This document shows, in pieces, positions 1-15,947 of a stretch of 64,000 nucleotides of DNA. The stretch's first letter is position 1, and each line of letters begins with the position of its first letter. The translations under genes and the position numbers were made by a program. This DNA comes from Eledone cirrhosa (taxonomy: Eukaryota): NCBI GenBank assembly GCA_964016885.1, contig OZ024760.1, positions 806,001 through 870,000 of the forward strand, in the 5' to 3' direction. The notes beneath the pieces are model-generated. The model searched no databases. It was not told the DNA's origin and saw only the letters and a program-made list of their open reading frames with translations.

Positions 1-6
1 GTAAGT
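1..6 (+). other. possible 5' splice donor (window may start at an intron boundary)
   Basis: Window begins with the consensus GTAAGT. No upstream exon is visible to confirm it. Confidence 0.35.
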
Positions 7-54
7 GCCGTACTAAGAGTGAGAAATGAAATATCGTTTCATTCTATTACAACT

Positions 55-676
<622 letters not shown>

Positions 677-821
677 TATATATTTAAATATATATATTTA
701 TATATATATATATTTATATATTTCGTTTCTGAATTTGTCTAGCAAGGTGCGTGTGTTTCTTATTGGCAACATGACCCTCCCAAAGTATAACAATATATTT
801 ATATATATATATATTTATATA

Positions 822-1077
822 CTGCCAAGAATGGAATTGCACCATCAGCACAGTTGAGTTATGTCAGACATCAACATACCCTGAATAAATACAACCTTAA
901 CGGTTGGAGCTTCCTGGATAGCTATCTTGAAATATATATAATAAAATAAATATGGTTTTATAAATATACTTTCCATTTGTTAATATATTGTATATTTACT
1001 CCAATAATTTGTTGAGTGCTTTATATCAGTTATAAAAATATTTTTAGCTTGTATCCCAACAAATTAAATATAACCTC

Positions 1078-1080
<3 letters not shown>
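822..1080 (+). mobile_element. Penelope-like 3' tail fragment, same family as 23945-24392
   Basis: 929-1075 aligns by eye to the reverse complement of 23948-24095 (GAAATATATATAATAAAATAAATATGGTTTTATAAATATA...TTGAGTGCT...). Confidence 0.6.
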
Positions 1081-1111
<31 letters not shown>

Positions 1112-1182
1112 GATCCTTATCGAGGCCTCTTCGGATTATGTTCTTCATAATTATTATTACTATATATATATATGTGTGTGTA

Positions 1183-1250
<68 letters not shown>

Positions 1251-1555
1251 GATAATGGAGCATGCGTAAGGTTATTTTTTTTTTTTTTTTTTTTGTAATA
1301 CTTTTTTCTTTTATTGAGTTGGTCTTTGTAGAAACGTGTTAGAAAAATGTAATGTTCCTCCCCCTCACTCACCTTTTAACTTACTAACCCCCCCCTCTTT
1401 CTGTCCAACTCCCCCTCTCTCTTTCTGTCCAACTCCCCCTCTCCCTTCCCTCTTCCCATCCCTCTAACAAAACGCATTGGTCAGCATAAAAAAATTAATT
1501 CAGTTTAATACAATTGAGCAGATTAGGAATCTATGTATATGTATATATGTGTATG

Positions 1556-1639
<84 letters not shown>

Positions 1640-1979
1640 TGTGTGTATGTGTGTGTGTGTGAATATATGTGTATGTATGTGTATGTATGTGTATGAACAT
1701 ATTGCGTGTTTGGGAGTATGTGGGTGTGTGGTTATATTTGGTGAAGCTTATATATGTGTGTTAATGCATGTTTGCATGTATGTGTGCATGTATATGCATG
1801 TATGTGCATATATGTGTGCATATATATGCATGTATGTGTGCATATATATGCGTGTATGTGTGAATATATGTATGTATGTATGTAGGTATGCGTGTATGGA
1901 TGCAGGTATACGTGAAGTGTGCGCCTGAATTAATGGGTGTGCATCCACACGTATGTGTGAATGCGTGTATATATATATG

Positions 1980-2012
<33 letters not shown>

Positions 2013-2089
2013 ATATAAACATATATATATGTAAATATAAAAATATATACACACATATACATATATATGTATATATACATATATATGTA

Positions 2090-2163
<74 letters not shown>

Positions 2164-2238
2164 CACACACATACACATATATATATATATGTATGTATGT
2201 ATGTATATATATATGTATGTATATAAATATATATATAC

Positions 2239-2298
<60 letters not shown>

Positions 2299-2418
2299 GT
2301 ATATATATATATAGACACACACGTATATATATATATATAAATAGACACACACGTATATATATATATATATAGGGGTGCTTGTGTGTTAATGTTAATGTAT
2401 GTGTATGTGCGTATGTGA

Positions 2419-2490
<72 letters not shown>

Positions 2491-2919
2491 AGTTTCCTTC
2501 CCTGTGGGTTTTGAGATGTAAATAGTGTAAGTCTTGATAAAAATATAGTTTGACATTATCACATCTTTTAATCTATTATCACATTATATAATATATTGTT
2601 GTTGTTGTTAGTGTTGTTGTTAGTGTTGTTGTTGTTGGTTGCTGCTCACTGATGTGATGCATGTATGTATGTATGTATGTATGTATGTATGTATGTATGT
2701 ATGTATGTATGTATGTCTATATATATATGTATGTGTCGATGTATATATATATATAAATGTATGTGTCTATATATATATATTTATATATATATATATATAT
2801 ATTTGTGTATATGTGTCTTTAAGATATTGAAAGACAAATGTATAAATATACTGTATGAATGTGTGTATATATATGTGTATATATATCTGTGTGTGTGAAT
2901 ATATATATATATGTGAATA

Positions 2920-2978
<59 letters not shown>

Positions 2979-2999
2979 ATATATAAATATATATATAAT

Positions 3000-3085
<86 letters not shown>

Positions 3086-3188
3086 ATAAATGTATATATA
3101 AATACATATACATAAATATATGTATATATATTCATATATATACGTATAAATACATTTATATATATGTATTTCTATATATATTAATATG

Positions 3189-3219
<31 letters not shown>

Positions 3220-3317
3220 ATATATTTATATATATATGAATGTACATTTATATACATATATATATATACATATATTTATGTATATGTATTTATAAATACA
3301 TTTATATACATTTACAT

Positions 3318-3477
<160 letters not shown>

Positions 3478-3679
3478 TATGTAAATAACTATATCTACAT
3501 ATATGCATGTATATATGTATGAGTATATTTATAAAAATACGTATAATCTCATACACAAATATATATATATTTATATATATGTATACCTGTGTGTATATGT
3601 CTATACACACATATATATATATGTATACCTGTGTGTACCTGTCTATACATATATATATATACACCTGTGTACATATGCT

Positions 3680-3721
<42 letters not shown>

Positions 3722-3759
3722 CGTGTGTGTGTGTATATGCCTCTCACTCTCTCTCTCTC

Positions 3760-3791
<32 letters not shown>

Positions 3792-3804
3792 CAGACATAT
3801 ATAT

Positions 3805-3886
<82 letters not shown>

Positions 3887-3900
3887 ACAGACATATATAT

Positions 3901-4012
<112 letters not shown>

Positions 4013-4030
4013 ATATATATACATACATAT

Positions 4031-4107
<77 letters not shown>

Positions 4108-4116
4108 CATATATAT

Positions 4117-4232
<116 letters not shown>

Positions 4233-4280
4233 ATATATATATATATATATATAGATGTATATATATATGTCTGTATATAT

Positions 4281-4323
<43 letters not shown>

Positions 4324-4351
4324 ATATATATACATACATATATACATACAT

Positions 4352-4444
<93 letters not shown>

Positions 4445-4650
4445 TATATACATACATGTATGTATCAGCGAGTGTATAGGTAGGCGTGTGTGTGTGATTT
4501 TTATTAACTTTACAGTTTTTAACCTAATTCAACAAGACACTTGCCATGAGTAATTATATACTATAACTGTTTTTGTACGCTGTCATTATATATATATGTG
4601 TGTGTATGTGTATGGATGTATATTATATATATGTATATAATATATATGTA

Positions 4651-4733
<83 letters not shown>

Positions 4734-4881
4734 ATAAATGTTTATGCATATATAATTATATATATTTATATATATATATATATTTATATACCTATAAATG
4801 TATATGTACATATAATTTATATGTATATATATATGTGTAAATGTTTATATATATATATTTGTATATAATATAGTAATATGC

Positions 4882-4934
<53 letters not shown>

Positions 4935-4978
4935 CAGAGAGAGAGAGATTGACACACATATACATGTACGTATATATG

Positions 4979-5033
<55 letters not shown>

Positions 5034-5059
5034 ATATATATATATGTATGTATATATAT

Positions 5060-5116
<57 letters not shown>

Positions 5117-5213
5117 TTTATGTATACGTATAGGTATATGTATATATAATTATCATACATACATTCATATATATGTGAATGAACACATATGCGCACACAC
5201 ACGAAATTACATC

Positions 5214-5244
<31 letters not shown>

Positions 5245-5724
5245 GCGCATACCTACCTCTCCCTACCCCTCCCCTGCTACGACCACAGAATGGTTGCTTA
5301 CCAAGACCCTCCCCTTTGTGGAACCCCATCGTTTTAAATGCATTATAGAGCCCCGGGCAAAGAAATGCACTGTGCCCCTACATGTACAACCACAGGATAC
5401 AGTGATTAGCATTTGGCCCCTAGACATTCTGTAAGCTCTCCCCACCCCCGGTATTTCAATGCACTGAGGCCCCTAGGTGCGCATAGATAGATTAGCTGAG
5501 GGGCTGCTGGATCTTGTGCCCCCACCCACCGGGCATAGCAATAACGAGGGGGCCCTATATATATCTTCAACATACAAAGATTAGCGTTGGTTCCCCTGGC
5601 CCTGATAGGCCTCGGGCAGGGCAATGTACTTAAGGCCCCTCTATGCACATTGACAGCCTACATAGATTAGCAGTTGGCCCCTTGGATACCTGGTATGTTT
5701 CCAGGAACAGTATGCACTGGGGTC

Positions 5725-5779
<55 letters not shown>

Positions 5780-5784
<5 letters not shown>

Positions 5785-6087
5785 GTACCCCTGGCATTGG
5801 CGATCCCGGTTATTCGCAGAATTTTCCTTAGAACCTAACTAATAATTGTTCGTGTAAACCACCGCATATTCGCGGAATCGTAAATATCTTTCGCGATTTT
5901 TTAATGACTTTTTTGGAGGCAATATATAGTTTTCAAGCTTTTTAACACTAAATTATTAATAACAACATACCGCATTTGCCGGTTTATATTTTACGTTGTG
6001 TTTTGATGTTTATTGGCATTTTTATGGACCACGTCCAATATTCGCGGTTACTCTAGGAAAGCCACCCCCGCGAATACCGGGGCACAA

Positions 6088-6092
<5 letters not shown>
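5780..6092. mobile_element. degenerate Tc1/pogo (Tigger-like) MITE
   Basis: Right end, reverse-complemented, reads CAGTTGTGCCCCGGTATTCGCGGGGG. A degenerate counterpart lies at the left end. TA on both flanks. Confidence 0.45.
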
Positions 6093-6130
<38 letters not shown>

Positions 6131-6469
6131 ACTACAGCATACAAAAATACATACATAAAAACGAACAAGCACACACATACACATATGTGTACATAAATAC
6201 ATAAATACCTTTAAACGCACGTGCACACACACGTACATAAATCATACATACACACTCATACATACATAGGAACACAAATACCTACATACATACACAGACC
6301 CAGATGCACACATACTTACATACATGCACACATACATGCACATTGACGCACGCAGGAACACACACATACACGCTCTTGTACACCCATACGTGCATACATG
6401 CACACACACATACAATATGTGTATGTGTATGTGCGTGTATGTGTATGTATACATGTATACATATATATC

Positions 6470-6542
<73 letters not shown>

Positions 6543-6564
6543 ACATGTATACATATATATATAC

Positions 6565-6631
<67 letters not shown>

Positions 6632-6802
6632 ACACATATATATATAAAAAATTTAAATACACACTCACACCTGCATGCATTTATAAATACATACATACAT
6701 ACATACACACACATACATATACGCACACATACATACATGCATACACACATACATACATACATTCACACGTACACATACACACATACAATCATACACACAT
6801 AC

Positions 6803-6835
<33 letters not shown>

Positions 6836-7302
6836 CATACACACATACACACATACACACACATACATACATACACACATACACACACATACGCACACAT
6901 ACATACACACACACACACATACATACATACATACATACATACATACATACATACATACACACGTACACATACACACATACAATCATACACACATACATAT
7001 ATACATACATACATACATACATACATACACACATACACACACATGCATACATACATGCATACACACACATACACACACACACACACACACATACACACAC
7101 ATACATACATACACACACACATACATACATACATACATACATACATACATACACACGTACACATACACACATACAATCATACACACATACATACATACAT
7201 ACACACATACACACACATGCATACATACATGCACACATACACACACATACACACACACACACACACATACATACATACACACATACATACACACACACAT
7301 AC

Positions 7303-7371
<69 letters not shown>

Positions 7372-8122
7372 TACATACATACATAATGTACAAAATACAC
7401 AGAAGCCCTTCTCAGCTGTTAAACGACAGACAAACAATACCAATACCCAACCAAGCCCACGTTTGCTCTTGATTAATGCAATGAAGGGCCCCACCCCTGT
7501 TTTGCTCTACCCTGCTGTCGGTTCAGCCCTGTTTCCTTAGCCCACACGGTTTACTATTGTCCATATAAACTTAACACGAATCATCTGGTCGTCTGTTTAG
7601 TTGAACAACTACAAGACTTCCATTAATCGCAATAACACTCCAACCATCTGGTTTGCCTTTTTCAACGCCGACCGGCCGGCCCTTCCTTCTTGTATCCTAC
7701 GCTACGTTTAGGATCTTTCATCTGGTTTCTGTGGTGGAGTGTGTGCTGGGCTGAGAGTGATGGTGGAGGGTGAGACGCGGGTCTGAAGGGGCGTAATCCT
7801 TCCACACACATGCATACACATACATACACGTACAGACACACACAACCTCGTACAGACATACACACACAACCCCGTATCAACAACCACCCACTGCTGTTTT
7901 ACGTTCGACCCCCGGCTTTCTTCTCTCCGTCTGTCTGTCTGTCTGTCTGTTTGTCCTTTTCTTTCTGTCTTTCTCTTGTTATACACATGTGTGTTTATAT
8001 TATGTGTATATATATACACATATATGTGTGTGTGTGTATATGCATACATAAAACACAATACATTATTTAACAGTCTGTAAACAGTAAGAGAGAGTGATAT
8101 ATATATATATACATATATATAT

Positions 8123-8227
<105 letters not shown>

Positions 8228-8690
8228 TAGAAAGCTGGTATGGTTGCATGGGTGCTTAATCTACATCTGGGAACCAATAAGTGCAGAGTTGATGATAGAA
8301 TATAACTTCACCCTGGGGTTTTACCCCCCACGCCCTCCCCCAGACACCACCACCACCACCATCACCACCACCTTCACACACATCCACCTCCAACATGATG
8401 GAATGAATCTAACTTTACCCTGGGTCCCGCCTACCCATCCTCCCTACATCAAAATCCTGCTGTGTTGATGTCCCCTCAAAACAAACCCACGCCAAACCAA
8501 CAGATTTTTTTTGTTGTAGCTGTGGATAGGGCTGTTGTCTGTGTATACGGGTGCATATATGTGCATGTATGTATATTTGTTTGTATATGTGTGCTTCTGC
8601 TTTTATTAATGTGTCATATACATAATGTGCGTGTGTGTGTCTGTTTGTGTGTCTTTTTGGCTTTTGCTTTTTTGCTCATGAACAGCGCAT

Positions 8691-8735
<45 letters not shown>

Positions 8736-8807
8736 TACATACACACACACACACACACACATATATATATTTATAGACATATAGATATATACACAAATAT
8801 ACCTATG

Positions 8808-8843
<36 letters not shown>

Positions 8844-8850
8844 CATACAT

Positions 8851-8881
<31 letters not shown>

Positions 8882-8921
8882 CATACATACACACACACAC
8901 ATATATATATATATGTGTATT

Positions 8922-8989
<68 letters not shown>

Positions 8990-9474
8990 TATATATACAT
9001 GCATATATACACATTTGTATATACACATTTACATACGATAGACGATTTATGTATATATATGCATGTGTATGTGCCTGTTTTGTGTGTCTGTATGCGTCTC
9101 TGTGTGTGCCTGTATGTGTCTCTGTGTGTATGTGTGTGTATGTCTCTGTTTGTGTATGTGTGTGTCTGTCTCTGTGCTGTCTGTGTGTGTATGTATGTGT
9201 GTGTGTGGCGGGGACAACAGCTTTCTTCGCTTCTTTAACAGACACCACATGATTTCCTTCACTCAATTTACCACCCAAAACAGTTTCAATACCTCCTTCT
9301 TTCTTTCACAAACGCTGTTGTCATGGGACCACCAACTTTCTTCCGTCTACTTATTGCTACCATCCCGTCGTTCCTTCTCTCTACCTTGAGTTATATATTC
9401 CTCAATTTACTTATTCCTTTTTCCTATATTTCTTCTTCTCTCGACATTTACATTTCCCATCGTATATTTTCGCT

Positions 9475-9510
<36 letters not shown>

Positions 9511-9514
<4 letters not shown>

Positions 9515-9718
9515 AAAAAGTATGACCCCGACGACAGAGCTCAAGCCGTTTAGACGGTTATTTCCACGGCTATTTCTGAGTCCAGAAATAGCCGTCGAAG
9601 CGGCTTGAGCTCTGCCGTCGGGGTCTTACTTTTTCCTATTTCCCACTCTACTACCCTAGTATTGAGTACTCTGGTGCGTTATGGTACATCTGGTTCCTTA
9701 CCGCAATTTTTTTGTTTT
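9511..9718 (+). mobile_element. fold-back element with 3' half of a hammerhead and a tail (copy 1 of 3)
   Basis: TAGGAAAAAGTATGACCCCGACG...CGTCGGGGTCTTACTTTTTCCTA palindrome plus ~80-nt tail. Same family at 45331 and 50632. (TA)n flanks. Confidence 0.75.
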
Positions 9719-9730
9719 ATATATATATAT

Positions 9731-11112
9731 TATGGTTGATTGTAGACTTGTTCTATATGTGACGGTATTTTAACGATAGTTATAGCTCTGATTCATCTGA
9801 ATTATTGAGCCCTCTGCCGCTCATATCGAATTTCGTTTTTCGTGAACTCGTGCGCCGATTTTTCGATACTCGATCTTTCTAATATATTTAGCTCTGGACA
9901 TAGCTATCCACCAGTTAATTTTATTGCTCATTTTTTGTCGATTCTATTGAGTGATGAATAGCTTTTGTTTTATTTTAACATGTCTATTGAGCACTCTAAT
10001 TCGATATGTGTATTTCCACATTCACTCGAATTGTTTTCGCGGATATAGGGGTCATCTCCCTTGTCTAATGCCATGTGCGTTTTTCACCGCTAGTTGACTC
10101 CTCTGCCGCCAGGAAAAAACTCGTTGACAACGTAAACTCCGTTCCACTTATTCTAGTAGGCTTTTATATTTATATGTGAGCTGATAGAGTACTGTCTAAG
10201 GATTTACAGAAACCCATGAAGTTAGATTTAACACCTTTCTAGTGGGTCCGGGTATGATTTTACATTCATTTAAATTATTGACGTATTGTTTTATTGATAT
10301 TTTTTATCTGTTTGGCCCGAATCTTCCTTTATCGATTTTAAATCGTATGGTTGATTGTAGACTTGTTCTATATGTGACGGTATTTTAACGATAGTTATAG
10401 CTCTGATTCATCTGAATTATTGAGCCCTCTGCCGCTCATATCGAATTTCGTTTTTCGTGAACTCGTGCGCCGATTTTTCGATACTCGATCTTTCTAATAT
10501 ATTTAGCTCTGGACATAGCTATCCACCAGTTAATTTTATTGCTCATTTTTTGTCGATTCTATTGAGTGATGAATAGCTTTTGTTTTATTTTAACATGTCT
10601 ATTGAGCACTCTAATTCGATATGTGTATTTCCACATTCACTCGAATTGTTTTCGCGGATATAGGGGTCATCTCCCTTGTCTAATGCCATGTGCGTTTTTC
10701 ACCGCTAGTTGACTCCTCTGCCGCCAGGAAAAAACTCGTTGACAACGTAAACTCCGTTCCACTTATTCTAGTAGGCTTTTATATTTATATGTGAGCTGAT
10801 AGAGTACTGTCTAAGGATTTACAGAAACCCATGAAGCTAGATTTAACACCTTTCTAGTGGGTCCGGGTATGATTTTACATTCATTTAAATTATTGACGTA
10901 TTGTTTTATTGATATTTTTTATCTGTTTGGCCCGAATCTTCCTTTATCGATTTTAAATCGTATGGTTGATTGTAGACTTGTTCTATATGTGACGGTATTT
11001 TAACGATAGTTATAGCTCTGATTCATCTGAATTATTGAGCCCTCTGCCGCTCATATCGAATTTCGTTTTTCGTGAACTCGTGCGCCGATTTTTCGATACT
11101 CGATCTTTCTAA
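9731..11112 (+). mobile_element. 2.25 tandem copies of a 615-bp non-coding unit (PLE pseudo-LTR/retrozyme-like)
   Basis: TATGGTTGATTGTAGAC starts at 9731, 10346 and 10961. Copies are near identical. (TA)n on both sides. Confidence 0.85.
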
Positions 11113-11239
11113 TATATATATATATATATATAGTTTCATTGACAAATATATCAATATGCCCAGACACGCAGATATATTGCCCTTGGTATGACAGTGTGGT
11201 TTTAGCTCCATGTAGGATAACTAGTATACTACAGAGCCG

Positions 11240-11343
<104 letters not shown>

Positions 11344-11622
11344 TATATATTTATTAAAATCTGTTATTTTAATAAATATTTGGTCTACGGTTCTTATATA
11401 TTTGATATATATTTATCCTTATCGAGCCTTCTTTGGATTTTAGTCTTCAAATATATTATTATTATTACTATATATATATATATATATATATATAACACTA
11501 GTATTGATATTTTGACGAAACACTACATTCCGAAGCGTCAAATACGAAGCGTCTTCTTTATCTTACAGACAGCGTAAAATTAATGACTATATATTTCGGC
11601 ATTTTGTTTTGTTTTATTTATT

Positions 11623-11654
<32 letters not shown>

Positions 11655-11655
11655 G

Positions 11656-11744
<89 letters not shown>

Positions 11745-11890
11745 TATATATATATATATTTATTTATTTATTTATTTATTTATTATTACCACAGATTAAA
11801 GTTTAAGCAAAGAATTTTAGCTTTCACCCTATACGGGATATTATATATACTTACACACATATATATATATGTATATATTTATATATTATA

Positions 11891-11967
<77 letters not shown>

Positions 11968-12334
11968 CCTTATTAAGCCTTTTTCGGAGTTCTTTTTTTG
12001 TGTCTGTGTGTCTGCGTGTCTGCGTGTGCGTGTGTCTGTATTGCGGCAAATAAATGAAAATATTTTAATAATGATAATAATAAAAATAATAATCAGAATC
12101 AGAAATATTATTATTTTTGTTGTTCTTTCCCTTGCACTTTCCCTGTTCTCCTCTTTCTTTCTTTGCCTCCCTCCCCCTCTCTCCCCGCCCCGTCTCCCTC
12201 CATTTCCAAAGTTTAATGACTTCACCAGACATTTCCAAAGCCACTGAGAACTTCAATTACAGAAAAATCGTCTAACTTTTCTGTTCTCTTGATTATATAA
12301 AGTTTTCATTGAAAACTTTCGTGGATATTATTGA

Positions 12335-12435
12335 GGGTGGTGGACTGGCAGTGTCGGTAGAGCGTCGGACAACATGGAGTTACGGCCCTTTACATTCTGA
12401 GTTCAATTCCCGCCGAGGTTAGCTTTGCATTTCAT
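12335..12435 (+). mobile_element. tRNA-headed SINE family A, partial
   Basis: A-box-like TGGCAGTGTCGG and B-box-like GAGTTCAATTCC. Homologous to 43982-44170. Confidence 0.75.
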
Positions 12436-12662
12436 ATATACATGCACGCGCGCGTGTATGTATGTATATTTATCAACAAACATCGTATATACGTAGCCAA
12501 TCTCTCAGACTTTTACAAAGCGCTGAGGGGATAAATTTAATATAAATAGTGGTGCACTCATGCGCAAAGATCCTAAACAATAGCTTTTAAAATACATTCA
12601 CACACACGCATATATATATATATATATATCTATCTATATATATAGGTTATAGATATATATAT

Positions 12663-13393
12663 ATAGGTTATAGATTCCATACACTAGTGGTTTTTCCTCT
12701 GTTTTATTGATAGCGCACTGTATATCTCTCTCTGGTGTGTTACCTTTTCAACATATTGTATTTTAAAGAGCTCAGGATTTCTTCTCCTTTGAGCACATTA
12801 TTTACAGGGAATGGCGAGGGCCTATGGCTTCGTTAATTTATCGTGATATTTCGCTCCTTATAACAGTCTTTCCTATCTCTCTGTTTGGTTGAGCACACTT
12901 CTCTGAGTGGTTTGGGGCTGCCCTTTCTAGCAGCTCCTCCATCAGAGGCCACTGGTTCACTGCCCTTAAACACGCTGTGACTTCTCTCTCCCACGTGTAG
13001 CTGGACAGTCACTTTTAAAATTCTCTTAGTGTTGTTTGAAATGTATAGCCTTACACACGCTGAGGAACCGTGGTTATTCCATTTCTGTCAACAAATTACT
13101 GGCGAAACAGATCTCTTTGGATTTGTACGTGTGTTATATAGTTATAGAGGTATTTATTTACGCTTTAATTTATATTTTTAATTATCGTGTCTATAGTCTG
13201 CCTTTCATAGGTTATAGATTCCATACACTAGTGGTTTTTCCCCTGTTTTATTGATAGCGCACTGTATATCTCTCTCTGGTGTGTTACCTTTTCAACATAT
13301 TGTATTTTAAAGAGCTCAGAATTTCTTCTCCTTTGAGCACATTATTTACAGGGAATGGCGAGGGACTATGGCTCCGTTAATTTATCGTGATAT
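12663..13393 (+). mobile_element. 1.3 tandem copies of a 544-bp hammerhead-containing unit
   Basis: ATAGGTTATAGATTCCATACAC at 12663 and 13207. TA flanks. Hammerhead inside the unit. Confidence 0.85.
13053..13134 (+). ncRNA. type I hammerhead ribozyme
   Basis: Stem I ACACACG/CGTGTGT, CTGAGGA 13060-66, stem II, GAAA 13104-07, stem III CAGATCT/GGATTTG, GUA triplet ending at 13127. Confidence 0.88.
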
Positions 13394-13630
13394 ATATATA
13401 AGAGCGAAAGGTTAGTAAAATCGGAGTTATGGCAGTCGTCCAACATCCGCGAAAAAAACAATTCGGAGCTTGCACGAAGCACTCAATAAGAATGTATCGA
13501 TAAATCGATAGGTTACATCTTAGAGTAATAAACATACGTTAAATAGCGTGACAAATTGAAACCTGTGGTTAAGGGAACAAAGCCACTGAAGCCACCCCAA
13601 CAACGAAAATACAATCTGGTTAAATAAAAG

Positions 13631-13701
<71 letters not shown>

Positions 13702-13703
<2 letters not shown>

Positions 13704-15720
13704 AAGGCGGGTAAAATTCCCGAGATCCATGGACGAGTTCTCTCCAGCGGTCTCTGTCCCTCATTATCGCTGCCATGTCCTGCATCTCCAACAGACCAGT
13801 GTCTGTCCTTAGGGCAACAACATACGTTAACCTTGGTCTTCCTCTTCTAGTGTGTCCATGTAGGGGCTCCCAAAGGAGCACTGTGTGCAATGTGAACTCT
13901 GGATGTCGGTGAGCATGTCCAGCCAACCTCAGTCTCCTCTGTGTCACTTTTGAGCTGACTTTTGGGATGCTCCCATACAGCTCTGAGTTTTTCATCCTCA
14001 GTGTATACTGATTAATGTTCAGAGTCATCCTCAGCATTCTCGTGTAGCACCCATCCACCATCTGAGTGAGTTTCTTGATCAGTGTCCAAGTCTCAGACCC
14101 ATACAGCAGCACAGACTCCACTACAGCAATGAAGAGGCGGATTTTCAGGTCTCTACGAAGGTCTGACTTCCACACTGATCTCAAGCTGTGGCACGCCGCC
14201 CAGGCCTTGCTCTTCCTCTCAACCACATCATCTTCCGTATTCCCAATCCTTGCTCCCAAATACAGGAAGTCCTCAACCAATTCCAGCGGCTTCCCGCCTA
14301 CATTAGTGATCCCCTCTGGCTTCTTAACATTCTCTACCAGATATTTTGTTTTAGTCTTATTCATTCTCAGCCCCACACTCATCGACACAGTCTCAACCTC
14401 CCGCATCAAATCCTCTGCCTCCTTCACTGTATTTGTCACCAAAACTATGTCGTCGGCAAATTCAGCATCCGATACCTTTTTCGCCCTAACTCTCCTGCTC
14501 TGAGCCGGTGCTACAGTAAAGCCAGAGTCTTGGTGTTTCTCCAGTGCAAGGCGCATACAATAGTCCACTACGATGATAAAAAGGTAGGGAGCCAATGTAT
14601 CTCCCTGGAGCACTCCAGCCAGTATCTCAAAGAACTCTGTCATCCCATCAGGTGTAATGACTTGGGCTTTGGTGTTGGTGTAGAGCAGTGATATCAGGTC
14701 CACTATCTTCTTGGGGATTCCATAAGCCTGTAAGATCTTCATCAGGCAGTAACGGTCCCCAGAATCAAAGGCCTTCCTAAAGTCAATGAAAACCATGACC
14801 GCAGGAAGGCACTTTGCTCTAGCTCCCTCTAATATCCTCCTCAGCATCAGGATGTGACTGGTGGTTGATTTACCCTCTCTGAAGCCGTTCTGGTTGTCCC
14901 TGAGCTTCTTCTCCATCTCAGGCTGGATCCTGTTAAGAATCATCCTGTTGAGGGTCTTTGCCACAAGTGACGTCAGTGAGATCCCCGGGTAGTTGTGGGT
15001 GTTAGAGAGATCTTCCTTCTTTGGCACTGGGACGATATTACTGATCCTCCACTGATTCGGGCAACTCCTTTCTCCAGTGCCCCGTTACAGAACCCCAGGA
15101 CGATATCATCAAAATCACACCTCTTCATCACCTCTGATGCCACTCCATCTTCTCCATGAGCCTTTCCCTCCTTGATCTTCTTCTTGGCTCTCTGAAACTC
15201 CTCTCTGGTGAAGGGCTCTGTCTCAACATCCAGTTCCTCAAACAGCCGCCTGATCTCCCCAGTGCTCTGGGCTGTGGAGGGTGGCTCTCCTAGTGGGGTC
15301 CTAAAATGGTCTAGCCATTTCCTCTTCCTATCCTCGGGCCCCGTTCCCTGGATCTGACTCGAACACCTTCTCTTCCTCCCTGTGATCTCGTTGATGATAA
15401 TCCAGCTCTCCTTACATCCAGATCTGTCAACCGCTCTCTCCACACTTCTGATCTTCTCTATCAGTGCCTCCTCTCTGACCTCAGTGTAAGAGGTACAGAG
15501 CTCTTCCCTCATCACCTCCACAGTCTCCATCTTCTCCTCCGTAGGATCAGCATAGAATTGGTCCCTGGCAGCTTTCAGGTGTTCTCTGGCTGCACACACT
15601 TTTGGGTTTGCAGAGCTGACGTGCTTCCCTTTATTCTTTTTCCTCGGCACCAGGGTTTCACTTGCTTCCGCCACTGCATTGGTGAAGTGCCCGTACCTCC
15701 TCGTCACACTCTCCTCAGTC
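13702..15720 (-). pseudogene. RTE reverse transcriptase region (one frameshift near 15060)
   Basis: Motifs QNGFR, FIDFRKAFDS, GVLQGDTLAPYLF, EFADD, FLYLG, LLYGSETW, RRGRP. Split between ORFs 14973-15707 and 13702-15027. Confidence 0.93.
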
Positions 15721-15947
15721 CATCCAATCTCTCTCTCCTGGGTATGACATTAAACTACATCCAGTGGCAAGGCTCCAGTTCGGGAGTTCAGGAGATGTGA
15801 GGAATGTGGAATTACCCCTTAGTTGTCATGACTCCCAGGTCTACCCTGGCCCGGGGTGGTAGTACCTGTTAGGGCTCCATTTATGGGTTAAATAACTACC
15901 TTATTCGAGTGGCGCCGGTAAGGTATTGTCAGCCATTGAAAAGAAAT

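Noticed and set aside
7540-7800. Unique GC-richer stretch, possible host exon or regulatory element
   Set aside because: No recognisable protein similarity or paired splice sites by eye.
14066-14691. Plus-strand ORFs of 145 and 167 aa (also 16016-16444 and 38360-38747)
   Set aside because: Antisense shadows of LINE coding sequence.
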